Source: Utricularia gibba (Eukaryota; Plantae; Magnoliophyta). Taken from it: DNA of 64,000 nucleotides. The translations under genes and the position numbers were made by a program. How positions within the stretch are numbered: position 1 is the first letter of the stretch; each line of letters opens with the position of its first letter. The stretch is from contig NEEC01000009.1 of assembly GCA_002189035.1 (NCBI GenBank), positions 1,488,001 through 1,552,000 of the forward strand, in the 5' to 3' direction. Below are positions 12,402-24,252 of this stretch, piece by piece. The notes beneath the pieces are model-generated. The model made no database searches, was not told the origin of the DNA, and worked only from the letters and a program-made list of their open reading frames with translations.

Positions 12402-15341
12402 TCAGAGCTCATCCTTGGGAACGGGAGCTTCTCTGGGTTTCTCTCGTTGCAGTTTAAATGGGATTGAAGCGTGCTTCTTCAAGAACTTGTAGAGTTCCAC
12501 CACGGTTCGGTCTGTATCTACCGTGATCTACAGGTGAATATCCTCAGGGTGAGAGATCAAAACATCTGGAAAATAAGTATTCTTCTGAAGGGTGATGAAT
12601 ATGCTTACTGGATCAGAGCTTTTCTTTCCGGCGGGGAAGAACAAAATAGTGGGGAATCCATCAGGCTGCGTTGAAAACGCTCATTTTGAGATTGAAAACA
12701 GATGGCATGCCAAAAAGTATGCAAGTATGAAAGGCAGGAATGTGGGTACCTTGGCTCTTGGGTGTTCATTCGTTGTTCCGTCCATTTTTGCTATCACTAG
12801 GGATTCAATGCCATGAAGGTGTTTGGCTAGTTTATTGTAAGTTGGTTCCAGAGCTTGGCAATGTGAACACCAGGGTGCATATAACTAAAATTGGAGAAAA
12901 CAAGGGGTTCAAGAGATATACAGTGTTCCTTGTTTTCGCCAGATGATGGCATTGGTACCTCAAGAAGAACATCTTTGGACTCATCCAGCACAATGTCATC
13001 AAAATTATTGCCCACAACTACCTTGACATCATCATCATTCTACGTCCAATGGAAAAGGAGGAAATCAAGATGACTACCTTGATAGTTATCCTTGTAAAAA
13101 AAAAAAAACTGTATTACTCACTGTCTCAGGTATTGGATCTGATTTGTAAAAGGGCTTTAGACTATCTTCCAGGAAAGCATCTCCGAATGCCTGAACAAAA
13201 TTAAAAAAACAAAAAACGTATTTTTTCAAGGAAAGGTGACCTCATCCACACAAAAGGTGCAAATAAAGAACGATTCCAAATAAAAGGAGACAAAGGAGTT
13301 GTGGAACAAAAAAGTAGGCAACTAAGACATTTAAAGGAATCGATATGCTAAAGGAATGAGCTCAGAAATTCAAAATGTAACTCCACCTTGATTTTCTCCA
13401 CTGTAATATCTCCTTCCAGGAAGTACTTTTTGGTATCATCACCTGCCTCAAACCCCAAAATCTAGAAAAAAGTATTCAACGCTGGGATATCAGAAATCAG
13501 TTCTATGCAGTAGTTAATGAAAGGAAGTAAGTTGACTAGGAAGGTGAATGAATACTTTGGGATCATCTCCACTGACTCCAAAAAAATCAGCCACAGGCTT
13601 TCCTACTTCTTCATTGTCTACTTCAATATATACAAATATAAGCTGCAATAAAAAAAAAAAAAAACAGTGTTAGAGTTGTATAACCATGCTCCAGGGAACT
13701 TCAGCAAAAACTAATTCACATTTAAGTAAATGATGGCAGCAATGCATATGGCATTAGCGCAAAGCATGTGATGCAGCAATGTAACAGGGTTAAGCAAAAT
13801 CAGTTGCATTAGCATCCTTCTAGAAAATAGGCATAGTTACTCTACCTTTCCCTTAAAAGGCTTTGCTGCTTCTTGAAATGTCGTAAAGACTGGCTTTGAG
13901 TTATTTGATGAAGCAAACAGCAAAATCTGATGATAAAAGCATGAAGTGCTATAGATGTCACCATAAAAAAACATGTATAAAAATGTCCTACGCAACAAAA
14001 CACACAAAACATGAGTAAGAGAATGAAAATAAATTAGCCGTTAACCTGCTTCTTAATTGAGCTACCAAATATCAAAGCTGAACTTTCTCGAGTGAAAGTG
14101 GTCACTAAGGGAAGCTTGTTTGCAGAAACAAACTCAGCAATCAAAGCCTTCTTGAACAACCCATCTACACAAGCATATCAAAAGCAATCACCAAAATGTA
14201 AAACATTACCTAAAAGCATGAACTGGTAATACCACTCACCGAAGTAATTCACTTTCTCAGCCTCCTTCTTCAACAAGACCAAAGCTGGGCGTTTGACATC
14301 AGCTTCAAAGTGAAACATCTTTGCCACATTGAGGTTATCAGTTTGGTAAAATGTGACATCATTATCAAGCTTAGATGCAGCTGATAACTCGTCTGAATCA
14401 CGACCTGCAATAATTTTACATATTTACATGACTTACAGACAATTGCTCAATGAAAGAGTGCCCACCCCACACCATGTAGCATCAAGTTTTGGATTTCAAC
14501 ACATCGTGCAAGGAATTCGGATACTTACATACAGTATCTCGAGGAAGCCCAAAACAACTGTCGTTTCAGATGTCAACACTCTTTCTGCTTCCTCCGTAGT
14601 TGTTAAGTTCGATACGCCTGGCCCGATTTTCTTCCGAATCCAGGCTGTGATGGCATCTCTGCGTTTCCGATTAAAAAGAAAAAATCTCGAATTTAACTTA
14701 AATCAGACAAAACTGAAACTTTTCAGCATCTTTCAGCAGAAATGAGACCCCATTTAACACAAGGAAACAGCTCACTTGGTGCGTTGACCAGAATACGGCC
14801 TATGATCTCCATCAACGAAGAAGAACAGAGTAGGAAATCCCTGAACCTCATACTCATCAGAAAGCTCACTCTCTTCCGTGGCATCTACCTTAGCCAGTTT
14901 CACATTCTCCTCTTTCAGCTCCGTAGCAGCGCCTGCAAACTCCGGAGCCAAGGCCTGGCAATGCCCACACCATGGAGCATAAAACTCCACCAGTACATAC
15001 TTATTCTCGTCGACAAAATCGCTAAAATTACCGCTAGTCAGAACAACGACATCCTTCTCATCGATTTCCGGAACACCATCCGTATCCTCGGATCCGATAT
15101 CCGAATGGGCCTCGAGATCCTCGTAATTCTCATACTCATCATCATCCCCATCCTCAAAATCAGATTCCACACCGTCTTCATCACCGCCAGGTACGGCGCC
15201 CTGCGGCTCCGCCTCTTCGAGGAACCTGAGATCCTCGTCATCATCCTCTATTACTGCGCTCCCGCCGTGAGTGTGGTAAGGAATGAGGGAAAACACGAGC
15301 AGGAAGGCGAGTGTGAAGAGAATCAGACGAGCAGCCGCCAT
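12402..15341 (-). CDS. PDIL1-4: Protein disulfide isomerase, PDIL1-3/1-4 type; one splice-phase inconsistency near 14404
   Basis: Signal peptide, acidic N-terminal extension, [18 protein letters not shown] thioredoxin site; last exon [41 protein letters not shown] with an ER-retention KDEL. Confidence 0.92.
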
Positions 15342-15931
15342 GCTCACTGAAGGAAAGCCGAGATCCGCCACCGGGAAGACCTCAGAATTTTCTCCATTTA
15401 TAATTTAAATCTAATTTCCCGAAATGTACAATTTTTTACATTAAATTACTTTTTCCACAGTAAGAAAATGGAAAGGACACGACAACATTGTCACTTGATT
15501 TATGGTCAGAAATAAATTTGTAAACTTTAACATTGTAATAACACATTTTAATGCTTTTTAGAGATTTTTTTTTTATTTTCGATAACGAAAAATCACATAA
15601 GATCAATGCAACCGACAGGGTCATAGGACCAATGCAAGTATAATTAACTTTCTGTAACAAAAATTTAATGTATCAAGGGCGTGGGTACGCAGATCGGCAT
15701 TATTGCAAGTGGGCGCTAATTGCTAGGGTTGAAACCATCGGCGTCGTTTAATCAGAAGTCAATAACGCCGCCGCGCCGGCCACCGCGCTACATTTAAGGG
15801 ACCTCACTCGGCTATTAAAGAAAGTGTACTGCCAAGGTCTAGGCGAAAATTTCAACTTGGGAAGTCTAGAAAAAGGTATGAGAAACCAGGATACCGGTGA
15901 GTAGAATTGGGAAGTTTGAAAGCGTTCACGT

Positions 15932-16432
15932 TCAATCTTGAGGGATTTCAACGTCTCCGTCACTGATCTCTTGCTGCAAGTCCTTGGGATCCTTTCCGTC
16001 GACGGTGCATCCAACGGAAACACAAGTGCCAAGAATCTCCTTCACGGTGCCGCCCAAATCCTTGGCCATAGAACGGGGCCTCATCACCCTAGCGATGTCG
16101 ATCACGTCGTCGAGTGAAATATTGCCGTTGTGCTTGATATTCTTCGTTTTCTTACGATCGCGCTCGGGCTCCTTCAGCGCCTTGATTACTAGCGCGGCGG
16201 CAGAAGGAACCACGGTGACCTTGGCCTGACGATTTTGAACTGTGAGCTTGACGGTGACGCGAAGCCCCTTCCAGTCCTTGGCGGTTTCCTTAGCGATATC
16301 CTCCCCGATTTTTTTAGGGGAAAGACCTAGAGGGCCGATTTTTGGAGCGAGAGAACTGGCGGCGCCGACCTCACCTCCGGTCACACGAACAAAGACGTCG
16401 ACCACCTGCGTTGGATCGAATTTTGGCGGCAT
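15932..16432 (-). CDS. RPL12: 60S ribosomal protein L12 (uL11), intronless
   Basis: Complete 166-aa ORF MPPKFDP...[25 protein letters not shown]...[15 protein letters not shown]. Confidence 0.98.
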   Translation of the reverse strand: MPPKFDPTQVVDVFVRVTGGEVGAASSLAPKIGPLGLSPKKIGEDIAKETAKDWKGLRVTVKLTVQNRQAKVTVVPSAAALVIKALKEPERDRKKTKNIKHNGNISLDDVIDIARVMRPRSMAKDLGGTVKEILGTCVSVGCTVDGKDPKDLQQEISDGDVEIPQD

Positions 16433-16500
16433 TATTGAGGGTGGCGGAGGCCTGGGATTGTGAGAGTGGGAGGAAAATTGGCAGCCAGAGACCAGAGCGG

Positions 16501-16594
16501 ATTAGGGTTTGGTAAAAAGCTTGATCTCAAGCATGAGAGCTGGGCCGTATCAATGGGCCACACCGTTGGGTTACCATTTCTTCTTGAGGGCCCA
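16501..16594. promoter_or_regulatory. Telo-box plus site II motifs upstream of RPL12
   Basis: ATTAGGGTTT at 16501-16510 and TGGGCC/GGGCCC motifs at ~16541, ~16554 and ~16588; the standard plant ribosomal-protein promoter combination. Confidence 0.7.
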
Positions 16595-16801
16595 ACTTCA
16601 CAGTTTTAGTTATGGATACAATGGACAATTAAAAAAAAAGAAATCAGGGGAAATTGAAGTTGGTCATCGTCGTGCTGTCGTGAAGGCTAAGATGGAATTA
16701 AAGCGGAGTGAGGCGGAGGCGCAAACCAAAAAAAGACGAAAGACTTGAGAGAAGTGAGAACTACAAAACCGATGAAGCCACCGTTGGTCCATAACAAGTC
16801 A

Positions 16802-17169
16802 ATGGCATTCGATGTAGACGATTCCGACGTCGTCCTCTTTAGCAGCGCCACCGCGGCCGCCAAATTGGTGATACATAAGCCAGTGATCAAGAATCAGCCA
16901 GCTTCGCTGCCGAGTAACGTACCGGACTCGTCGAAGATCCTGAGGCAAGAGGAAGAAGGAGAAGCGGCGGAGGAGTGAGAATGGATTTGAGGATTTAGAG
17001 GTGGTGGCGCAGGATGACCGGATTCCGCCGCATGAGTTTTTGGCTAGGGCTAGAAGTAGATTCGGACTGCCTCATCTTTGATGCAGGATGGCATTGGGAG
17101 GACGCACAATAGAAGGGATCTCAGCCGGCTTCGAAACGCGGTTTGGCAGAAAACCGGGTCGAGGACTAG
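16802..17169 (+). pseudogene. S40/DUF584 senescence-regulator homolog broken by three frameshifts
   Basis: Family motifs lie in three frames: MAFDVDDSDVVLF...PASLPSNVPDSSKIL; DRIPPHEFLAR; MQDGIGRTHNRRDLSRLRNAVWQKTG. The conserved PDWSKIL Trp is Ser here. Confidence 0.7.
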
Positions 17170-17659
17170 CATTGGCCGGCCATATTATTTCGCTTTACAT
17201 TTTCAGCTGAATGACAAGGGAGAAAAGTATATAGAAGCATGAAAATGTAGTAGGGCCTTTTGAAATTAAGAAAATTATATTCAATCGCCGCTTTTTAATG
17301 ATTTTTTTGTAATTTCATAGTGAGGTGGTCCCCAAATTTACCAGAGGGTGAAGCCCATTAAATTCCAGCCCAATAGAAGTTGGGCGTCATTAAAGGGCTT
17401 TTATTAGCGCGGTTCAGTATTGGGTGCGGTTAAGAGGCCCATTACATGGAGAGATGATGACAGTTGACACGTCAACGGAGCTACGGTTAGCAGGTAAACG
17501 TCGTCGTTTTGTTGTTGGCTCTCTTGCACGGCCGGCCGAAGCTGACACATGGTGTGGTGTCGCCTGTAAACCTAGCTCAGTTTTTCTCTTCCTTGGAGGG
17601 GCATTTAGTTGATGAAACGCAGTTTCTCCGTACTCGTCGTGTGATCATCGGATTTTGGA

Positions 17660-20600
17660 ATGCTCCCTCGCTCGCCTTCAACGTCGGGATCGTTGAACGG
17701 CGATGATCGGGGCTGCCTCGACGATATGGATAGGGAACGTAACCCCGATCCAATTGACCTTTCTCTGGACGCCATCGAGAACCAGCTGGCATCAATTTCG
17801 ATGTCTTCTCGTTCAAATGGAGAAAAGGTAGAACCCCCGGTGGAGCAATTGACCATTGGAAAAGCGTTGGCAAATGAAGAATTTGATCTGGATCGAGCGG
17901 ACGGCTATTACGCGGAAGAGGATGTGGATAGTGACTGTAATACCGAGCCTTCGCAGATGATCAAGGAAGCCTCCTCGTCTGTGAGAAACAATTTTGATGT
18001 TGATGAAGTTGATCCGCGGTGGAGCCCCAGCAGCAGTGGTTATGCTGCGGAGAGAGGGAGCACAAGCGGCGGCGATGAGATCAATGAGGACGAGGGGAGC
18101 CGAAGTGAGATCCGCCAGGTAGAAAAGGGAGAAGTTTATCGGCCACCCGAACAGTGGCTTTCTGGAAAACGCGGCGGCGATCAGGTTAGCTTGAAAAGGT
18201 TTTAAGATCGAGATTTAGCACAAATTTATGAAGTTTACTGATGACATATTTTATCGGATTGTGGAAAACTGAAAGGGGATTTTTAGAAAAGCTATCTGCC
18301 AGTGTTAAAGAAACAACGCAATCTAAATGTCCTGTAGAATGATGTCTGCATGTTAGCTGTTTTACATGTATTGATTTGAGTTATTACTGAGCTGCAGGAC
18401 GATGCTTCAATTGCGTGGAGGAAGAGAAAGAAGCACTTTTTTATCTTGAGTCATTCTGGGAAACCTGTATATTCCAGGTTCATATCCATCAATTTTTAAT
18501 TTATCAGGAAGGACACCATTGTTGTGTGAGAACTATATGAAGTGAAGATCTGTGTGAACTCTTTATTTAGATATGGAGACGAGCACAAGCTAGCTGGATT
18601 TTCTGCAACTTTGCAAGCTATCATCTCCTTTGTTGAAAATAAGTAGGCTGCCTCTATCTGCTATATGCATTGAGCGTTTCATTGCATGCAGTGTTATGTA
18701 GCTTACAAATAAACATATAAATTTCTAGGGGAGACAGGGTGAAATTGGTTAGAGCTGGTAAACATCAGGTGAATATCTATCTATTCGTTTGAGACTTTAT
18801 ATTTCATCATTCTTCCACTATTTATTCCTTAGGTGACTTTTTATTATTTAGTGTTGTCACATCCTAGTAAGGTATGAAAGATCATCTATCGACATTTCTT
18901 TGATGGAAAAGGTTTCAAACCGAATATGGAAGTTTAAAATGAGGAACATAATTTTAAAGATTCATGCTGATAATCTTTTTGTAACTTCTTTTTGCTTAAT
19001 TTTATTATTTGAACCTTATGTTCCAGATTGTTTTTCTCGTAAAGGGGCCATTATATTTGGTCTGCATAAGTTGTACTGGAGAAAATTTTGAAGCATTAAA
19101 GGGGCAGCTAGAGCTCCTCTATAGTCAGGTATATTGTCCCATATGTGGTTAAGACATAGATCCTGGTTCATTAATTGTATCAGGAATCCGTGCGTTGTCT
19201 ATTTTTCCTAGTTCAATATCAATCGCTTGTTGAAGGGATTCCTTTATCCTTTATTTTTTGAATGCAGATGATAGTGATTCTGACAAAGTCTGTGAATCGA
19301 TGTTTTGAGAAGAATCCAAAGTTCGATATGACTTCTCTACTTGGAGGGACTGATGTTGTCTTCTCTTCTCTCATCCATTCTTTCAGTTGGTATTTCCTTT
19401 GCTGCAGTGTTCATACTAAAGTAACGTAGGTTCACATCAGTTGTCTTCCTGACGATGGTGTTTTATCATTGTCCATTTTTGTTTTTGATATAGGAATCCT
19501 GCTACTTTTCTGCATGCATACTCTTGTATTCGCGTTCCCTTAGCAATACGCCAAGCTGCTAGTTCTATTCTTCTAGATGTTGCTAGTTCAGGAGTCTTGT
19601 TTGCACTCTTGATGTGTAAAGACAAGGTAATTGCTTACTTCTGCTCCTGTATTGAAAGTTAAGTCTTGGAATTTCTGAATAACTAGATTCATGAACTAAA
19701 TCGCATTATAGGTCATCAGTCTTGTTGGTGCCCAAAAAGCATCCCTTCATCCCGATGATATACTCCTGTTGGCTAACTTTATCACCTCTTCTGAGTCTTT
19801 CAGGTTAGTTGATTTTTCTTTCTTACAACTCTTGTGTGCTTCATTTGTGAACAGGGATTGAAAATGTGAATTCATATGTTAGAATTTACATTGAAACATG
19901 AGAGAGAATTAAGAAAGCATCTAGTATCCACCTTATGTTCATTGATATAATTTCGGAAAACATCTTTAATGTTCTTATCGGTGCATGCAGGACATTTGAA
20001 TCTTTCTCTCCAATTTGCCTTCCAAAATATAATCCCATGGCATTTCTATATGCTTATGTCCATTACTTTGATGTAAGTTGCAGTAAGTTCTAAGATGTGT
20101 CCTCTAGATTTTCATGGAATCAGTGCTCCACCAAATTGGCGGAGCAGTTGATCTTTATGTATTATTAGTTATTTCCTTTATTTCACTTTATATGATATTC
20201 ATTATACATCAGCTGACTGTGAACATTATATCTGATGGCAGATTGACACGTACCTGATTCTGCTCACTACTAGGTCAGATGACTTTTATCATCTCAAAGA
20301 CAGCAGGTACTGAGTTATTTTATCAGGAGAGGAATCGGAAATGAATCTGTCTACAAATAGAATATTTGTGAAATCTAGGGGTGAGGAATAAATTGACTTT
20401 GCTGCTCCTGCAATAGTTTTAAATATCAGATTGAATCCTGCTTTCACTTGCATCTTTAAGCGCCATTGGTGTTTTGGAAATATGATGCTTGTTTGATAGA
20501 AAGCCCCCTTTTGAGTTTCTTCTGCCAACCTGACCAGCATAGCTTATTGCCATGATTTATCATCAAAAGGAGACGTGTGCTGCATCTTACAGGATTCAAA

Positions 20601-21396
20601 TTGAGAGCGTTCTTCAGAAGTCAAATGTTCTGAGTGAAGTTCAGAGGTCATTGGTAGATGGTGGCTTGCATATTGAAGATTTGCCTGATGGCCCCTCTTC
20701 TAGTGGTGTAGCCACAACTTCAGTTCAACCAAGGGCTTCCGTGGATTCTGTTAGGGCAACTGCAGAAGCGTTTATTGGAATCGGTGGACCAGCTGGGCTA
20801 TGGCATTTCATGTACAAGAGCATTTATCTTGACCAGTATGTGTCTTCTGAGTTCTCATCACCAATCAACAGCCTGAAGCAGCAGAAGAGGTAACTGAGGT
20901 GCAGTTGTTTTGGAACTCTATATATTTCTCAACCTCATTGAGGCACTTCGATTTGTAGATTGTATCGAGCATACCAAAATATTTATATGACAATGCACAG
21001 TAAGGATGTTGGACCTCATAAAACCCAATTCAGAAGAGATAACAGTTACGGTAAGTTTGCTTTCCTGTATTGCAAGGTTGCATTTATTTTCCTTAATAAC
21101 TTCCTTGTACTTAGTTCCAGTCGGTTCACTCCCCTTATTTCCTGCTCTTTCATTCTCAGTTCTGCTATGTTGGGTCACACCAGATTTTGAACTGTATGCT
21201 GCCTTTGATCCCCTTGCTGACAAGGTTTAGATTACTTCTCCCACTTCTCTTTTCGACTGGTAATCCCGAGATGATCATGGATTCTTCCCATTTGTTGCAG
21301 GCACATGCTATAAAAGTATGCAACCGGATCTGTCAATGGGTCAAGGATCTGGAAAAAGAAGTTTTCCTTCAGGGAGCCAGCCCTTTCTCATGGTGA
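17660..21396 (+). CDS. MON1: MON1/SAND vacuolar fusion protein (Rab7 GEF subunit)
   Basis: Exons give [67 protein letters not shown], and end [11 protein letters not shown]. Confidence 0.93.
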
Positions 21397-23373
21397 TGGT
21401 AGTAGTAGTCACACACATTTTGTCCGGGGTGCGCCTATACATATCATTCTCCTATTTCCCCTCCTTTTTTTTTTCTTTTTCATAGTCCGGCTGTACTTTT
21501 CGCATGATGCATTTTCTAGCTGTTTACTTAACTGAGCTCTAGGGTACCGTACCACCTCCCCTCATCAAGCAGGCGCACTAGAAACTTTTGTACTACAATA
21601 TCTGGTCCGATCTCTCTACAGATCTTCACCACCAGTTGGGTGCATTCGTGTATTTTTGCATGTGATTTTTCTAGGGCTCAGGCATTGGCTCCAAGCAACG
21701 GCCACCCACCTCGCAGTGCCTCAGCTTTTCCAATACAATTGAAAAGACAGAGGGCGTGCAGATGTGTGGAAAAAAAAGGTGTTTCGTGTTCCAGCAGCTT
21801 CTGTCTGCACGTGTACCCAACAAGTAAAGTAACTTCACCCATCCCTCCTCCCCCCACCCCACATACTGTCTTCCATTCTATTCATCCCCCTCGGGAAAAA
21901 AGTAGACATTTTACTGCTAGTTTTTGTCCCAACAGCACCCCAACCCTCTCTGGGTCGGGTCACTAGGCACCCGGGTCACCCTGTTCTATGGAAATGTTGT
22001 CTTACTCTTTCCCCAGGTTTCAATTTTTGCATTATTTATGTATTGTTTTGATCGAAATTGGTATAAAATGCTACCTTGGAGGTATGTCGCGTAAAAGAAT
22101 GTAATTATTCTTGGTGCGTAGAAGGACATAATAATTATGTGATAAGTGTGATGGGCATTTATGGTATTGGTTGCGGATGCACCGTTTTACGAATGCCAAC
22201 AATATAATGCTTTTCATAGACAAGCAGAGGGGGTGACGAGGCCTTTAATTGTGGGGCCGGACAATAATGCCCCTCCTATTCCTCATGAAAGATCCAGGGG
22301 GAGTTTTAAGGAGGCAATAAGCATCTTCTTCTTCTTCTTTTATAGTTTTCATTTCAAATCCTGTCCCCCTGCGCTGCAAAAACGCACCCACTCATACACA
22401 AAGTACGTGGAAAGGGCGTCCCCTGATTCCCTGTAAAGGTGTATGACGTGCAACTAAATTTGAAAGTGAAAGTGAAATACTCGAGGGATGGTCTCATGAA
22501 TGGGAGCAGTGCAGGGGGTAAGTGATGTTGGGGGAGAGGATTTGAACAAACTTCCCTGTTCTCATGATAAAAGAGAGAATTTGACTAGCCTTGAATGTGA
22601 TGACGACTTCACAAGCAAAAGGGGTATGGGCTGGTTGAGAGGTACAACCATGTCTGCATTATTGTATGTATAGCTACATTGTCACCAATCTTTCGTACAC
22701 AGTGCCTCATCTCCTCCCCTGAACTGAATTGCTACCGTCTTGTAACTGGAGCAAGTATTATGCATTCATCAAGAATCATGATAATATTGCAGACTTGTGA
22801 AGACCTCCCTTCACTTCCCACTTCATGAGTTACTATTACCCTTCTTTGATCCTCTACTCGTCTGTATATTTTTAGAGTTAAATGTGGAGGATGAGATCAG
22901 GCAGAGGGAGAATGTTTGTAATAATGATGGTTCATGTGGTGGTGGGGATGAGATGTGAATGTGATTTGACAAAAGCTTAAGACGAAGAAGATTTACATGT
23001 AGAATGATGGGAAATGTGTGGGTGTGAGTTGTGGGCTGGGAGAAAGGGTAGCTTTGTTGTCACGGTACAACTTCTGTATGCAAGCAAAAATATGCGTTAT
23101 GTATTATACTATTGAACTTCATTAGACACCAGCATGCCATCTCCGAGCTCGATGGTTGGAATGATTCTTAGTGCGCAGTAAAGAAGGTTGCTGTTAGTGT
23201 GTTTTATGGTTTAGTGGGTGGGAAGTGGGAAAAGTGGAAAGTTGGTATTCACGCCACGGTGATGGTGCAGTGCAGGGGCGCTGTATGTGCACAGCGATTA
23301 GATTAGATGCAGCGGCCGGGCAGCCAGCCCAGCTCCTGGCTTTTGCCAGCTCCAGCAGCAGCAGCAGGGGTAG

Positions 23374-23380
23374 TATAAAA
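23374..23380 (+). promoter_or_regulatory. Candidate TATA box of the HD-ZIP III gene
   Basis: TATAAAA followed by a pyrimidine-rich leader, ~870 nt upstream of the ATG at 24253. Confidence 0.45.
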
Positions 23381-24252
23381 TAACATAAAAAAGATGTCGA
23401 TTTCGGAGCTTTATACATCATTGAATGCGAAAGTTTTCCATTCCGTAGCTTGTGAATCCAACAGAAAAAAGAAAAGGCGCTTTCTTCCTTCTTTTCACTT
23501 CACTTGCTCCGCAACTTCAATCTTGTTCTACCTTTGTGTTTTCTGCTTTCGTTTTCCTGTCTTCACTTCAACTCTTGCAGATCCTCTTCAAGGGCGTCTC
23601 TTTTTTCCGAGAAATCATATGTTCGGTCATTGACTCTGCATAAGCTTCCCCATCACCCTCTTTTATGTGATCTTTGGGGTCTCCTTTTGTGGAAACTCAA
23701 ACCTGTGTGTCGATTTGAGGGAAAAAAACAGGGTAACCGAAGTACCGAGGAACGCTTGAAGCGAGTGTGGTGCTGGGTTACATCAAACAGGAAATCTGTA
23801 TTTAGATGGTTAGAGCAGTGTAAGGAATGAATTTAGTAGCTTTTGGAAGCAGTGGGCCTTTCGCGTGGTTTTTTGAGTGGTAGATTTTGTTCCCTCATTG
23901 GGTGAAAATTTGAAGCTTTGAGTGGATACTCAAAGGTTGTCTCTTGTGTGAGAAGAAGGGATAAAATGGGAGGCGAAAAAGGAGCAAATATCATTTTGTC
24001 AGTATGCATGCAAAGCTGCAGAGCTTTTGTTAAGCTTCCCTGTCTGCTCCCTTCTTGAAATACTCCAAGTTGGAGTTCATTTCTCAGCCATCCATCAAAA
24101 CCCTGAACGAAAATCTGCCTTATTTTCCGAATACTTCCATCTGATCCTTCTGGTTCGGCCGCGAGTTCTTTAGAAATAAGTGAACTTCATTCTGTATTTG
24201 CTGGTTTTCTGACCGAGAGTTTTGGAGGAATTTCTTTTCGGCTTCTGGAAAA

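Noticed and set aside
14742-15350. 202-aa plus-strand ORF and similar antisense ORFs (for example 15984..16229, 50772..51227, 59448..59786, 60008..60439)
   Set aside because: They are shadows of real genes on the opposite strand and have no family motifs.
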